Assembly: GCF_018350175.1 (NCBI RefSeq) | Contig: NC_058368.1 | Coordinates: 85,934,001 to 85,998,000 of the forward strand | Length of the DNA: 64,000 nt | Source: Felis catus | Taxonomy: Eukaryota | Reading direction: 5' to 3' | Shown here: piece after piece, positions 13,596 to 26,638 of the stretch | Numbering within the stretch: position 1 is the stretch's first letter | How the letters are laid out: each line of letters begins with the position of its first letter | The notes under the pieces: model-generated | Told to the model about the DNA's origin: nothing | Database searches by the model: none | Seen by the model: the letters and a program-made list of their open reading frames with translations, nothing else | Program-made: the position numbers and the translations under genes

Positions 13596-14439
13596 CTGAA
13601 GCAGTTGACCTTGACAAGGAGGGAAAAGTTCGTTATCAGCTTCTTGGATTTATAGCATAATATTCCATAGTATAATATTCTTGTGTTGTATAAATAGGGT
13701 AATAGTATAATCTGTCATAGTAGAACATAAAGCTATGGCAAGGAAATGGTACTTTTACTGGGACTAAAGTAGACAGAGGGATCAATACAAGAGAAATGAA
13801 ACTGCAAAAAGAGTTCCACATTTGTACGGTGAATAAATCAATGACAAAGGAAGCAAGAAAATGTAATGGGAAAAATGCCCCTTCATTAAATGATGTTGAG
13901 AACACTGGTCACAGATATTTACAAAATATTGATATTTGACCACTTTCCCACCATATGCTATAGTAAACTCATAATGGGTGAAAACATAAATCTAAGATAT
14001 GAAGTATAAAACCTTTAAATAAAACCTAAGAAGTAAGTTCTTTGGCAACCTCCTGAGCAATATTTACTTGAAACTGGTTCCTCAGACAAGGATAGAAAAA
14101 ACAGTAACAAATTATTCGGACTATCTCAAAATAAAGGCTTTTTTCTTTCCCCCAAGCAAAGAACACCATTAAAAAATGAAAACCTAGTGACAGGGAATAG
14201 AAAATTGCAATCATAAATGTGTTAAGGGACTAACATCCAAAAAATATAGTCAAATCATTCAATTCAATATCAAAACCTCAAACAGCCCAACTTAAAAATG
14301 TAGAAAATCTAGGATTAGATTTTTCAAGAAAATAAATAAATAAACATACATATGGCCCACAGTCCCATGAAAATATTTTAACCTGTAGAAATTTTAGTTT
14401 GACTCTGTAACTTATTTGTGTTTTTTTTTCTTCTTAAAG

Positions 14440-14460
14440 GTAAACTCCAGGAAAAATATG
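14440..14460 (+). CDS. 21-nt heptad micro-exon A2: (G)KLQEKY
   Basis: Identical copy of 2261-2281 with AG/GTAAGT sites. Confidence 0.78.
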
Positions 14461-17400
14461 GTAAGTCATTTATTACCTCCTTATATTTATCAGATTTAGC
14501 ACAGTACCTAGAGCTCAGGGGTTTCTTCTTTTTTAAGCATAAATTTCCAAGGAAAACAGTCAGTAAAAATAGAAGGAAATAAATACCAATTAGGAATCTG
14601 GCATTGTGTATTCCCTTCCCCTTTGTCTTCATTAGCTTGTTCAAGTGTCCATGACCTCTGTTGGGTCATTGTGCTTATAAACCCTTGAGGTTTGCCAAGG
14701 TATCTTTGATTCTACAGAGAGGACACGCTGGTTAATACCTGGGCAAAGTAGAAAAGCAAGGTCTGCAGCAAACCCACCAGGAATCCTGAACAAGCACATG
14801 GCACTACATTTCAAAGCAGAGCACAGCCTGGTCCATAATCCAATTGTCTACTAAAGTTAGCTATTCTCACTTTGTGTTGGTTAGATTGCAGTGTCCCTCT
14901 TACTTGCTAATCTGCTTTCACTGGAATTGAGAAAAGGGAGCTTGTGTCAAATGCACCTGTGGAACCTTTTTTCTCTTCTGCATTTTCAAAACATCCTCAT
15001 GTATTGAGGATTCTTTCTAGCCTCCTGACCCCCTCACATTTTAAAATCTTTTCTCATGTGCTGCAGATGAGTTTCCAAGGTATGAATTGGTGTTTGTATT
15101 ACCGTCAGTGTATGCCCCCTTTAAAGTGTCAGGGAAAAAAGTTCGTCTCTCTATGCAAAGAATTCTTCTTGGCATGAGCGATGAAGACTGAGTCACTGTT
15201 TCAGGTTATTCCTGACTCTGGATATATTCCGCACCCAAAGGCTCATGGATCCTGTCCCAGTCTCTTGAGGCACAGATCCCATGTGTAATCTCGATGAACT
15301 TTTTTGGGGGAATAGCCTATCATGAGCTCCACACAATCAACAGGTGGAGGGGCATGGACTGATTTATTTCTTATACACAAGACCTGCTTCTTTTCCCCTC
15401 TTCTCTAGCTCTTATTTTCACCTATTGCTAAATATCATACCAAGTCAGGCAAGAAAGACTTGAGTAAAATCTGTTTCTTTAGAAATTCTTCCATACATGC
15501 TTTATTGAATGCATTATTATTTATCTTGGTTTTACACAGAACTCTTATTTAAACAGAAAGGAGAGTAGTTTTTGTTTCCATTTAGAGGCAAACATCATAG
15601 AAAAATATACTCGATCAACTAAAATTTAGCAAACGATTTCCACATCATAAACATTTTGTTCAACTGGCCTACTTCTATAAGATTAGCTACCAGTTGAAAC
15701 TATGTTGTGTTTGGTAACACTATAAATTATAGGCTGTGAAACCAATTGTCATTTAAACAAAGTCACACTGTGGCATCTTTGTTGGAAGATTTCACCTGTG
15801 TTTAAATATTTGTTTTTAAGGTCCCAGGAAAGTATTGAGATATTCCTTTATGATGTTTTCTACTATGACTTCTATAATGCATGTCCATATCTCAATTTTG
15901 AACTTCTCCTGGGTTTCTGCTAATTCTTGACTTCTTTGTTATTAAATAGTTATTAATGATAACTTGTACATTCTATGGTAAGATGACAACCAAAATATCA
16001 CAGTCTAGTTTTGGTTCGTTGAAAGTCTTTACATTTTTCTGCATTATATGTCAAACTGTTAAATATGATTTGCATAAGCTTTGATATTCTGTATCCATAT
16101 TTTATGTTTTTGTTTTGATTTTTGATTTTTTTTTTACCTTTTGACCTTGTTACTTAAGAGAGCGTTAGTTTTTTTTTTCTTTTTAAGATTTTTTAACGTT
16201 TATTTATTTTTGAGACAGAGAGAGACAGAGCATGAACGGGGGAGGGTCAGAGAGAGAGGGAGACACAGAATCTGAAACAGGCTCCAGGCTCTGAGCGGTC
16301 AGCACAGAGCCCGATGCGGGGCTCGAACTCATGGACCGCGAGATCATGACCTGAGCTGAAGTCGGACGCTTAACCGACTGAGCCACCCAGGCGCCCCAAT
16401 TTTTTAATATTCATTTAATTTCATTTGAGAGAAATCATAAGAGAGAAGGGGAGGGGCAGAGAAAGAGGGATAGAACGGATCTCAAGCAGGCTCTGTGCTG
16501 TGAGTGCAGAGCTATGGGAACTCTAACTCACAGACCGTGAGATCATGTCCTGAGCTGAAGTCCAGAGTCAGATGCTCAAGTGACTGAGCTGCCAAGGTGC
16601 CCTAGGCGCATGCTTCTTAGTGATTTTATCTCTGTGTCTTTGTACTTGTTTTTCTCTATTCCTGAAATACTTTATTTCTGTGCTCATGTCACAATTAACT
16701 CTGCTTTCCCTGTGGGAACTTGGTGAACGATCACGACCACAGAGAGGGATCTGAGTACTTTATGGAATCCCACAGCCATGAGATCTCTCGTTACTGCTTT
16801 ACATGGTGCTTTGTGCAGGTGACAGGTCAGAGTTCTGTGTCCTCCTTTACTGAGAGAGCCTGATCCCTGCAGAGCTAAGGGCGGCCAGTCCACAAATATC
16901 TGTTGAGTGGAAGAAATGATTTTTATTCATATTTTTTTGTCATTTTCTGTTTGTTTTCCTCCTTGTTTATCTATATTATATAAGAAAAGAGAACAAGAGT
17001 TCTATTGCTATCCTGTTCGATGGCTTAAAGATCACATAATACCTAACTTGTACAGAATCACTTAGGTGAAAATTAATCTCTTACATTGACTTCTTCTCAT
17101 ATTTTTCTGAACCTCATGTCTTTGGACATACACCTCTGGACCAGGTGAAGCAAAGTGAAGAATCCTGTCCTGGAGCTGCCAGTAATGGGCTTGCCCAGGA
17201 GACTTCCAGTTAGGCTCTACGTGACATCAAGACAACCATGTGGAGGGTGGATTTCTTATCCCATGCAAGGATACAAATGGGGGTGGGAGTTGGGAGGAGG
17301 TACTGTCCAGGAAACATACTATATTATTGCTTACTTAAGACACTTCTCGGGGCGCCTGGGTGGCTCAAGTCCCTTGGGCATCTGACATCGACTCAGGTCC

Positions 17401-18423
17401 TGATCACAGGGTTTGTGAGTGGGAGCCCTGATTCAGGCTCTGTGCTGACAGGTTGGAGACTGTAGCCTGCTTCAGATTCTGTGTCCCTCTCCCTCTGCCC
17501 TTTCCTCGCTTGCACTCTCTCCTCTGCCTCTCTCTCTCCAAAATAAATAAACCTTTTTCTTTTTAAATAATGTAACTTCTCAAAACAGGCCTAGGGAAAT
17601 CATTTGCTGACTCCTTGAAATACCAAAAAAAAAAAAAAGTTACTGTTTTGTGTTTGAGGGTAAAATCCATGAGGCATTCCATTTCACCCTATGTCTGCTG
17701 CCATGTAGAGTTTATTCTGGAGGACAAATCAGCATAAGTTCAGATTAATTTAAGATACAGTTGGGAGGTTTCCACAACTGATGACTAAACAGCCTATGGT
17801 TAGGACATTTTAAGGTGTGTATCAGGAAACCACCTACCTGTTGCTCAAACTCCAAAACATATGTATTGAATTTTTTTGGTTGTTCACATTAAGGATTCAT
17901 TACTTGAGCTGAGTATGGTAAAGATACCACCTTCTCAATGCAAGGTCGGTAAAACATACTGTCATTCTGAGAAAATCCTCTGTTCTCAGTATTTTTTTTT
18001 TCCTTTTCCTTTTCTACTTATCAGTTTCCAGATATTATAAATGATCTTGTGCGAAAATAAGGTACTCAAGGACAGTTTCAGACTACCTTCTTATCTTGGA
18101 AATAATGGGTAAAATTTGTGGGTATTTGCACCTATTTTCCCTAATTTTTGGACCTCACCCAAAAGAGACCTTTTGTAATATTCTGTTTTATGTCTATATA
18201 AACACATATAAAAGCCAGATAGCTTTTTAGATTGTGTTATTTATTATTATTATTAATATTCAGTACATAAATTGCTCTTTCTATGTCAGAGAAATATACT
18301 GGATCGTCAGCTTTCTGGGTCTCAGTTTTCAAATGAGAACCAAGTTCCAGGACAGATTTTCCATTGACAGTGATAGGAGGACACTTTCTAACAGACTTTT
18401 GTTTTGTTTGTTTCTTTATATAG

Positions 18424-18444
18424 CAAAACTAGAAGAAGAGAACG
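18424..18444 (+). CDS. 21-nt heptad micro-exon B2: (A)KLEEEN
   Basis: Identical copy of 6246-6266 with AG/GTACGT sites. Confidence 0.78.
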
Positions 18445-18965
18445 GTACGTCCTATTTAGTTTTCAACATTCCACCCTTGATGTTCTTTCATTTTAATAAA
18501 ACAACAAAATACAGACATTGCATTTATGACCCAAACGCGTTTAGAAGCAGGTAATGTATCCTTCTGCTATTTTTTAAAACGTAACCTAAGTATTCCTAAG
18601 ACAAGGAATGATGTAGGCCTAAATGGAGAAGAATGCGATGCATCATGTGGTGAGTTCAGGGCTGGGACTCAGGTGTTAAATCTGCCCCATTCAGTGAGGG
18701 CGGTCATCCTTTCTGCATATAGTAATTAGCTACCTATTTCATACTCAGTTCTTAAGAAACACTGAGGGAAAAAGACTCTCTTTGCTATGCAACTTGCTAC
18801 CTTACGACAGATGCAAATTCCACATTCAAATAATAAAAGTAAAACAAATATGGAATATGTTATAGAAAAGGATTCTTGATGCTATGAAGACATAAAATAG
18901 AGTGGACTTATTCATGGGATTGTGGATTTGCTGAAAAGCAGCAATGAAGATGAGGCAAGTGGTAT

Positions 18966-21900
18966 TTCTTTAATATGAAATTTATTATCAAATTGGTTCC
19001 CATACAACACCCAGTGTTCATCCCAACAAGTACCCTCCTCAATGCCCATCACCCAATTTCACCGCCCTCCAACCCCCCATCAACCCTCAGTTTATCCTCA
19101 GTTTTTAACAGCCTCTTATGGCTTGCCTTCCTCCCTTTCTAACTTTTTTCCCCTTCCCCTCACCCCCCCCCCAATAGTCTTCTGTTACGTATCTCAGGAA
19201 CCACATAAGAGTGAAAACATATGGCATCTGTCTTTCTCTGTATGACTTATTTCACTTAGCCTAACAGTATCCAGTTCCATCCACATTGCTAAAAAAGGCC
19301 ATATTTCATTCCTTCTCATTGCCACGTAGTATTCCATTGTATATAGAAACCACAACTTCTTTATCCATTCATCAGTTGATGGACGTTTAGTCTCTTTCCA
19401 TAATTTGGCTATTGTTGAAAGTGATGCTATAAACATGGGGGTAGAAGTGTCCCTATGCATCAGCACCCCTGTGTCCCTTGGATAAATTTCTAGGAATGCT
19501 ATTGCTGGGTATAGAGTAGATCTATTTTTAATGTTTTGAGGAACCTCCACACTGTTTTCCAGAGAGGTTGTACCAGTTTGCATTTCCACCAACAGGGCAA
19601 GAGGGTCCCCGTTTCTCCACATCCTCTCCAGCATCTATAGTCTCCTGATTTGTTCATTTAGGCCACTCTGGCAGGCATGAGGTGATATCTCACTGTAGTT
19701 TTGATTTGTATTTAAATGATGATTACTGACTTTGAGCATCTTTTCATGTGTCTGATGGCCACCTAGATGTCTTCTTTAGAAAAGTGTCTAATCATGTCTT
19801 CTGTCTATTTCCTCACTGGATTATTTGCTTCTCAGGTGTGGAATTTGGTGAGTTTTTTTTTTTTTTTTAATATAGATTTTAGATACTAGCCCTTTATCCT
19901 ATAAGTCATTTGCAAATATCTTTTTCCCACTCCATAGGTTGCCCTTTGTGGTTTTGATTTGTATTTCCCTGATGAGGAGTGACATTGAGCATCTTTTCAT
20001 GTGCCTGTTGGCCATCTGGATGTCTCTTTTAGAGAAGTGTCTATTAATGTCTTCTTCCCATTTCTTCACTGGATTATTTGTTTTTCGGGTGTGGAGTATG
20101 GTGAGTTCTTTATAGATATTGGAGACTAGCCCTTTGTCCGATGTGTCATTTGGAAATATCTTTTCCCGTTCCGTTGGTTGCCTTTTAGTTTTGCTGATTG
20201 TCTCCTTTGCAGTGCAGAAGGTATTCGTCTTCCTGAGGTCCCAATAGTCATTTTTTTTGCTTTTAATTCCCTTGCCTTTGGAGATGTGTCAAGTAAGAAA
20301 TTGTTGAGGCTGAGGTCGGAGAAGCTTTTTCCTGCTTTCTCCTCTAGGGGTTTGATGGTTCCCTGCTGAACATTCAGGTCCTTCATCCATTTTCAATTTA
20401 TTATTGTGAATAGTGTAAGAAAGTGTTCAGTTTCATCCTTCTGTATGTTGCTGTCCAGTTTTCCCAACACCATTTGTTAAAGAGACTGCCTTTCTTTAAT
20501 TGGAGATTCCTTCCTGCTTTGTCAAAGATTAGTTGGCCATACTTTTGTGGGTCCAATTCTGGAGTCTCTAATATATTCCATTGGTGTATGTGTCTGTTAT
20601 TGTGCCAATACCATGCTGTCTTGATGATTACAGCTTTGCATTGGAGGCTAAAGTCTGGGATTGTGATGCCTCCCACTTTGGTCTGCTTCTTAAATATTAC
20701 TTAGGTTATTCCAGGTCTCTTGTGGTTCCCTACAAATTTTAGGATTCCTTGTTCTAGCTTAGAGAACAATGTTGGCGTAATTTTCATTGGGATTTCATTG
20801 AATGTGTGGATTGATTTGGGTAGTATCGACATTTTAACAATATTTATTCTTCCAATCCATGAACACGGAATGTTTTTCCATTTCTTTGTATATTCTTCAA
20901 TTTCCTTCAAGAGCTTTCTACACTTTTCAGCATACAGACCTTTCACATTTTTTGGTGAGGTTTATTCCTAGGTATTTTACGATTCTTGTAATTTTGAATG
21001 GGATAAGTTTCATTCTTTGTCTTTCCGTTACTTCATTTTTAATGTATAATAATGCAACTTATTTCTGTACATTGATTTTTTTTATCCTGCGACTTTGCTG
21101 AATTAATGTATCAGTTCTAGCAGGCTTTTGGTGGAGTCTATTAGGTTTTCCATGTCATCTGCAAAAAGTGAAAGCGTGACTTCATCTTTGCCTTTTTTTA
21201 TGACTTTGATTCCTTTTGTTGTCTGATTGCTGATGCTGGAACTTCCAACACCATATTAAACAAGAGCGGTGAGAGTAGATATCCCTGACGTGTTCCTGAT
21301 CTCAGGGAGGAAGCTCTCAGTTTTCCCCCATTGAGGATGTTATTAGCTCTGGGTTTTTGGTAATTGCCTTTTATGATGTTTAAGTATGTTCCTTCTATCC
21401 GACTTTCTCGAGGGTTTTTATTAAGAAAGGATGCTGAATTTTGTCAAATGCTTTTTCTGCATCGATTGACAGGATCATATGGTTCTTTTCTTTTCATTTA
21501 TTAATGTGATGTATCACATTGATTGATTTGAGAATGTTGAGCCAGCCCTGCAGTCCAGGAATGAATCCCACTTGATCGTGGTGGATAATATTTTTTATAT
21601 GCTGTTGAATTTGGTTTGCTAGTATCTTGTTGAGAATTTTTGCATGCATATTCAATAGGAATTTTGGCCTCTAGTTCTCTTTTATTGCTGGGTCTCAGTC
21701 TGTCTTGGGGATCAAAGTAATGCTGGCTTCATAGAATGAGTCTGGAAGTTTTCCTTCTCTTTCTATATTTTTGAAAATCTTGAGAAGGATAGGTATTATC
21801 TCTACGTTAAATGACTTGTAGAATTCCCCAGGGAAGACTTCTGGCCCTGGACTCTTATTTGTTGGGAGATTTTAGATAACTGATTCAATTTATTCGCTGG

Positions 21901-23499
21901 TTATGGGTCTTTTCAAGTTTTCTAGTTCGTCCTGTTTGAGTTTGGGAAGTGTGTGGGTGCGTAGGAATGTGTCCGTTTCTTCCAGCTTGTCCAGTTTGTT
22001 GGCATATAGTTTTTTTGTAGTATTCCCTGATAATTGCTTGTATTTCTGAGGGATTGGTTATAATAGTTCAATTTTAATTAATGATTTTATCTATTTGGGT
22101 CTTCTCCCTTTTCTTTTTGAGATGTGTGGCTAGAGGTTTATCAATTGTTCATTTTTCAGAAAATATACTCTTGGTTTCATTGATCTACTACAGTTTTTTT
22201 TTTTTTTTTTAGATTCTATATAGTTTATTTCTGCTGTGATTTTTATTTCTCTTCTTCTTCTGGGTTTGGGTGTCTTTGCTGTTCTGCTTCTATTTCCTTT
22301 AGGTCTGCTGTTAGATTTTGTATGTGGGATTTTTCTTGTTTCTTGGGAAAGGCCTGGATTGCAATGTGTTTTCCTATCAGGACTGCCTCTGCTGTATCCC
22401 AAAAACTGTTGGATTGTTGTATTTTCATTTTAATTTGTTTCCATACATTTTTAATTTCTTCTCTAATTGCCTGGTTGACACATTCATTCTTTAGTAGGGT
22501 GTTCTTTAACCACCATGATTTTAGAGGTTTTCCAGGCTTTTTCCTGTAGTTGATTTCAAGTTTCATAGCATTGTCCTCTGAAAGTGTGCATGATATGTTC
22601 TCAATTCTTTATACTTATTAAGGGCTGATTTGTGTCCCGGTATGTGATCTATCTTGGAAAATGTTCCATGTGCACTGGAGAAGAAAGTATATTTTGTCAC
22701 TTTGGGATGCAGAGTTCTAAATATATCTGCCAAGTCCATCTGACCCAATGTATCATTCAGGGCTCTTGTTTCTTTGTTGATCCTGGTAGAGATGATCTAT
22801 TCATTGTTGTATGTGGGGTATTAAAGACCCTGCAGTTACCACATTCTTATCATTAAAGTTGCTTATGTTTGTGATTAATTGTTTTATATATTTGGGGGTT
22901 TCTGTATTCGGCGCATAGACATTTATGATTGTTAGCTCTTCCTGATGGATAGACTCTGTAATAATTATATAATGACCTTCTTCATTTCTTGTTACAGCCT
23001 TTAATTTAAAGTCTAGTTTGTCTGATATAATTATGGCTACTCCAGCTTTCTTTTGACTTCCAGGGGCATGATAAATAGTTCTCCATCACCCACTTTCAAT
23101 CTGAAAGCGTTCCCAGGTCTGAAATGAGTCTCTTATGGACAACAAATAGATGAGTCTTGTTTTTTATCCATTCTGACACCCTATGACTTTTGACTGGAGC
23201 ATTCATTCCATTTACATTAAGTGTTATTATTCAGTGTTAAAGATATGGGTTTGGAGTCATTGTGATGTCTGTAGGTTTCATGCTTGCAGTGATGTCTCTG
23301 GTACCGTGTGGTGCTTACAACATTTCACTCACAGAGTCCCCCTTAGAATCTCTTGTAGGGCTGGTTTAGTGTGATGAATTCTTTCAGTTTTTGTTTGTTT
23401 GGGAAAACCTTTATCTCTCCTATTCTGAATGACAGCCTTGTTGAATAAAGGATTCTGGGCTGCATTTTTTTTTTCCCTACTGATCACATTGTAGAATTC
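18966..23499 (-). mobile_element. Carnivore LINE-1, duplicate of 6787-11321
   Basis: Same ORF2 fragments at offset 12178-12179. Confidence 0.96.
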
Positions 23500-25773
23500 A
23501 TGTTGGTGGCATAAATATTTACAACTGTGAGATCTACTTGTTGGATAGACCACGTCACTTTGATATAGTATCCTTTGTCATTTCTTGTTACTGTCTTTGG
23601 TTTAATGTCTACTCTGCCTGAGATAAGTATTGCTACTCTGGCTTTCTTTCCACAGGCATTGGCGTGATAAGTATTTATCCCTCTGTCCCTTCCCATTCAA
23701 TCTGCAGGCATTGTGAGGTCTTAAATGAGTCTCTTATAGACAGCATGTAGAAAGGTCTTGTTTTTTTTTTCCTCTATTGTTTTTGTTTTTATTCTTTACT
23801 GATACTATATGTCTTTTGATTGGAGCACATCCTACACTTACATTCAGAATAAATCTATATACAGGTATATACATGTATTTAGTGTCATTTTAATACTTGT
23901 TTTGTTGTCTCACCTGGATGTGTTCTCTTATCCTTTTTGTTTGTCACTTTTTTTCTTCCTTCCCACTTAAACAGTCCCCTTTAATATTGTGCACAGGGCT
24001 GGTGTAGTGGACATAAAGGTTCAGCTCCTTTAGTTTTTGTTTCTCTTGGAAAGTCTTTATCTGCTTCTGTTCTATATGATAACCTTGTTGTATAGAGTAT
24101 ACTAGGTGATGAGTTTCCCCGTCAGGACATTGAATACACCATGGCTTACCAAGTTTCTGTCGAGAGATCTGCAGCCAACCTTGTGGTTCTTCCCTTGTAA
24201 TGTAGGCAATTCTTTTCTTTCTTGCTAATTGGATGTTTGTTCTTTGTCAGAATATTTTACACATTTAACTACAATATTTTGGGTTTAGGTCTGCTTTGGT
24301 GGATTTCTGTGGGAGTTTTCTGTGCCTCCTGGATTCGGATGGCTGTTTCACTCCCCAGATTTGGGAAGTGTTAGCCTATTATTTATGTAGACTACCCTTA
24401 TGTTCCCTTTTATGTCTCTTCTTCTGCAACTCTGGTGATACAAATTTAAGTTTCATAGATACACTGAGTTTCCTAAGTCTATTTTCAGGCTTCCCTGAAG
24501 ACTTCTTTTATTTTTTCAAGCAGAGCAGGAATCTTATGATGGCTGCTTTAAATTCTCCATCTGGTATAGTACTTTTCTTGGTTTTACATAAACCTCTGGC
24601 TTTTATCTTATATTCTTTCATTTCAGAGGGTTCCTCAGTCCTGGCATTGTCTATACATCTTTCTGTCTTCTTATTGGTGTTCGGAAAGCCTGTTTCATTT
24701 CCTGCTCCTTAGAGTAGTTGCGTTATGAAGACGAGGTCAAATGGTGTCCAGGTCCTGATGCTTTAAAGAGTGTCTCTCGAGTGACCTACATACACTAGGC
24801 TCCTGTGTTTTGGCTGCACTGCCTTTCAGGCCAGGCATCTTCAAAGGTTGTCCTTGCCTGCTGGTGCAGTGCTTGAACCTTGGTGAGAGTGTGGCAAATT
24901 TTATGTAGGTGTGCTCTGGTGTACAATTCAATGAGACTCATGTGGTTTCCACTAGGACTGAAGCCTTGCAGAACAAAGAGTTTGGGAGACGTGGTTGACA
25001 GCATTTCTGCTCATCACCTGAGGAAGAAGACTGCCTGGCTGGGACTGAGACACACTTGACAGAGAAGGGGAATAGTCATTGAACACAGGGCTGTGGACTT
25101 GCTGTAAGCAGGAGAGGCAGCCAGTCTCAGCACTGTGTACTTCCTAAACATCCTTCTCTGTCTTTTCTGAAAGTATGGGGGAGTGTAGTGTCACCAACCA
25201 ACTTCTTTGTCTCCAGTTGAGGGGTTATTGCATCTTTTGAGAAGCACTCTCAGAGGAGCATTGAAAGTCCCCCTTTGTGCCTCCAGTGTTGGTGTGTTTC
25301 AGATCCTCATCTTCATGCTGTCTGTGTCTAAGTTGTTTGCCTGACTTTCAGCCAGGAGCATTGCAGTGCCTGCTGGCCTCCATCCCAGCCAGGCACGCTG
25401 ATCTTTAAACCTCCAGACTTTAAGCCCTGTTCATCAAAAGGCCTCAAGGAAATCAACCCCTCTGCTTGTCCCAGCCAATGGCTTTTAAGAAGTGTCCATC
25501 TCATTCATTCCACTGTGTACTCCTAGAACTTTTTGTGTTTCTCTGCAACCAAGATCGTCTCCCCTCCATAGCACCTAGGAAACATGTGGCCCCAAACCAC
25601 ATCTCTGCATTTCCTACTATCCTTGATGTGTCCTCTTTCCTCCCTCAAGGATGAGCTTGTTTTATCAGTACTCAAGATTAATTCTTGGGTACTGAGAATG
25701 ATTTGACAGTTTTCTAGTGTGTTTGAGGAAGGAGAAAAACCTAGGGTCCTCCTACTATGCAACCACCTCAGCT
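23500..25773 (-). mobile_element. Older LINE-1 fragment, copy 3
   Basis: Duplicate of 11322-13595. Confidence 0.85.
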
Positions 25774-26617
25774 CTGAAGCAGTTGACCTTGACAAGGAGG
25801 GAAAAGTTCGTTATCAGCTTCTTGGATTTATAGCATAATATTCCATAGTATAATATTCTTGTGTTGTATAAATAGGGTAATAGTATAATCTGTCATAGTA
25901 GAACATAAAGCTATGGCAAGGAAATGGTACTTTTACTGGGACTAAAGTAGACAGAGGGATCAATACAAGAGAAATGAAACTGCAAAAAGAGTTCCACATT
26001 TGTACGGTGAATAAATCAATGACAAAGGAAGCAAGAAAATGTAATGGGAAAAATGCCCCTTCATTAAATGATGTTGAGAACACTGGTCACAGATATTTAC
26101 AAAATATTGATATTTGACCACTTTCCCACCATATGCTATAGTAAACTCATAATGGGTGAAAACATAAATCTAAGATATGAAGTATAAAACCTTTAAATAA
26201 AACCTAAGAAGTAAGTTCTTTGGCAACCTCCTGAGCAATATTTACTTGAAACTGGTTCCTCAGACAAGGATAGAAAAAACAGTAACAAATTATTCGGACT
26301 ATCTCAAAATAAAGGCTTTTTTCTTTCCCCCAAGCAAAGAACACCATTAAAAAATGAAAACCTAGTGACAGGGAATAGAAAATTGCAATCATAAATGTGT
26401 TAAGGGACTAACATCCAAAAAATATAGTCAAATCATTCAATTCAATATCAAAACCTCAAACAGCCCAACTTAAAAATGTAGAAAATCTAGGATTAGATTT
26501 TTCAAGAAAATAAATAAATAAACATACATATGGCCCACAGTCCCATGAAAATATTTTAACCTGTAGAAATTTTAGTTTGACTCTGTAACTTATTTGTGTT
26601 TTTTTTTCTTCTTAAAG

Positions 26618-26638
26618 GTAAACTCCAGGAAAAATATG
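26618..26638 (+). CDS. 21-nt heptad micro-exon A3: (G)KLQEKY
   Basis: Identical copy of 2261-2281 with intact splice sites. Confidence 0.8.
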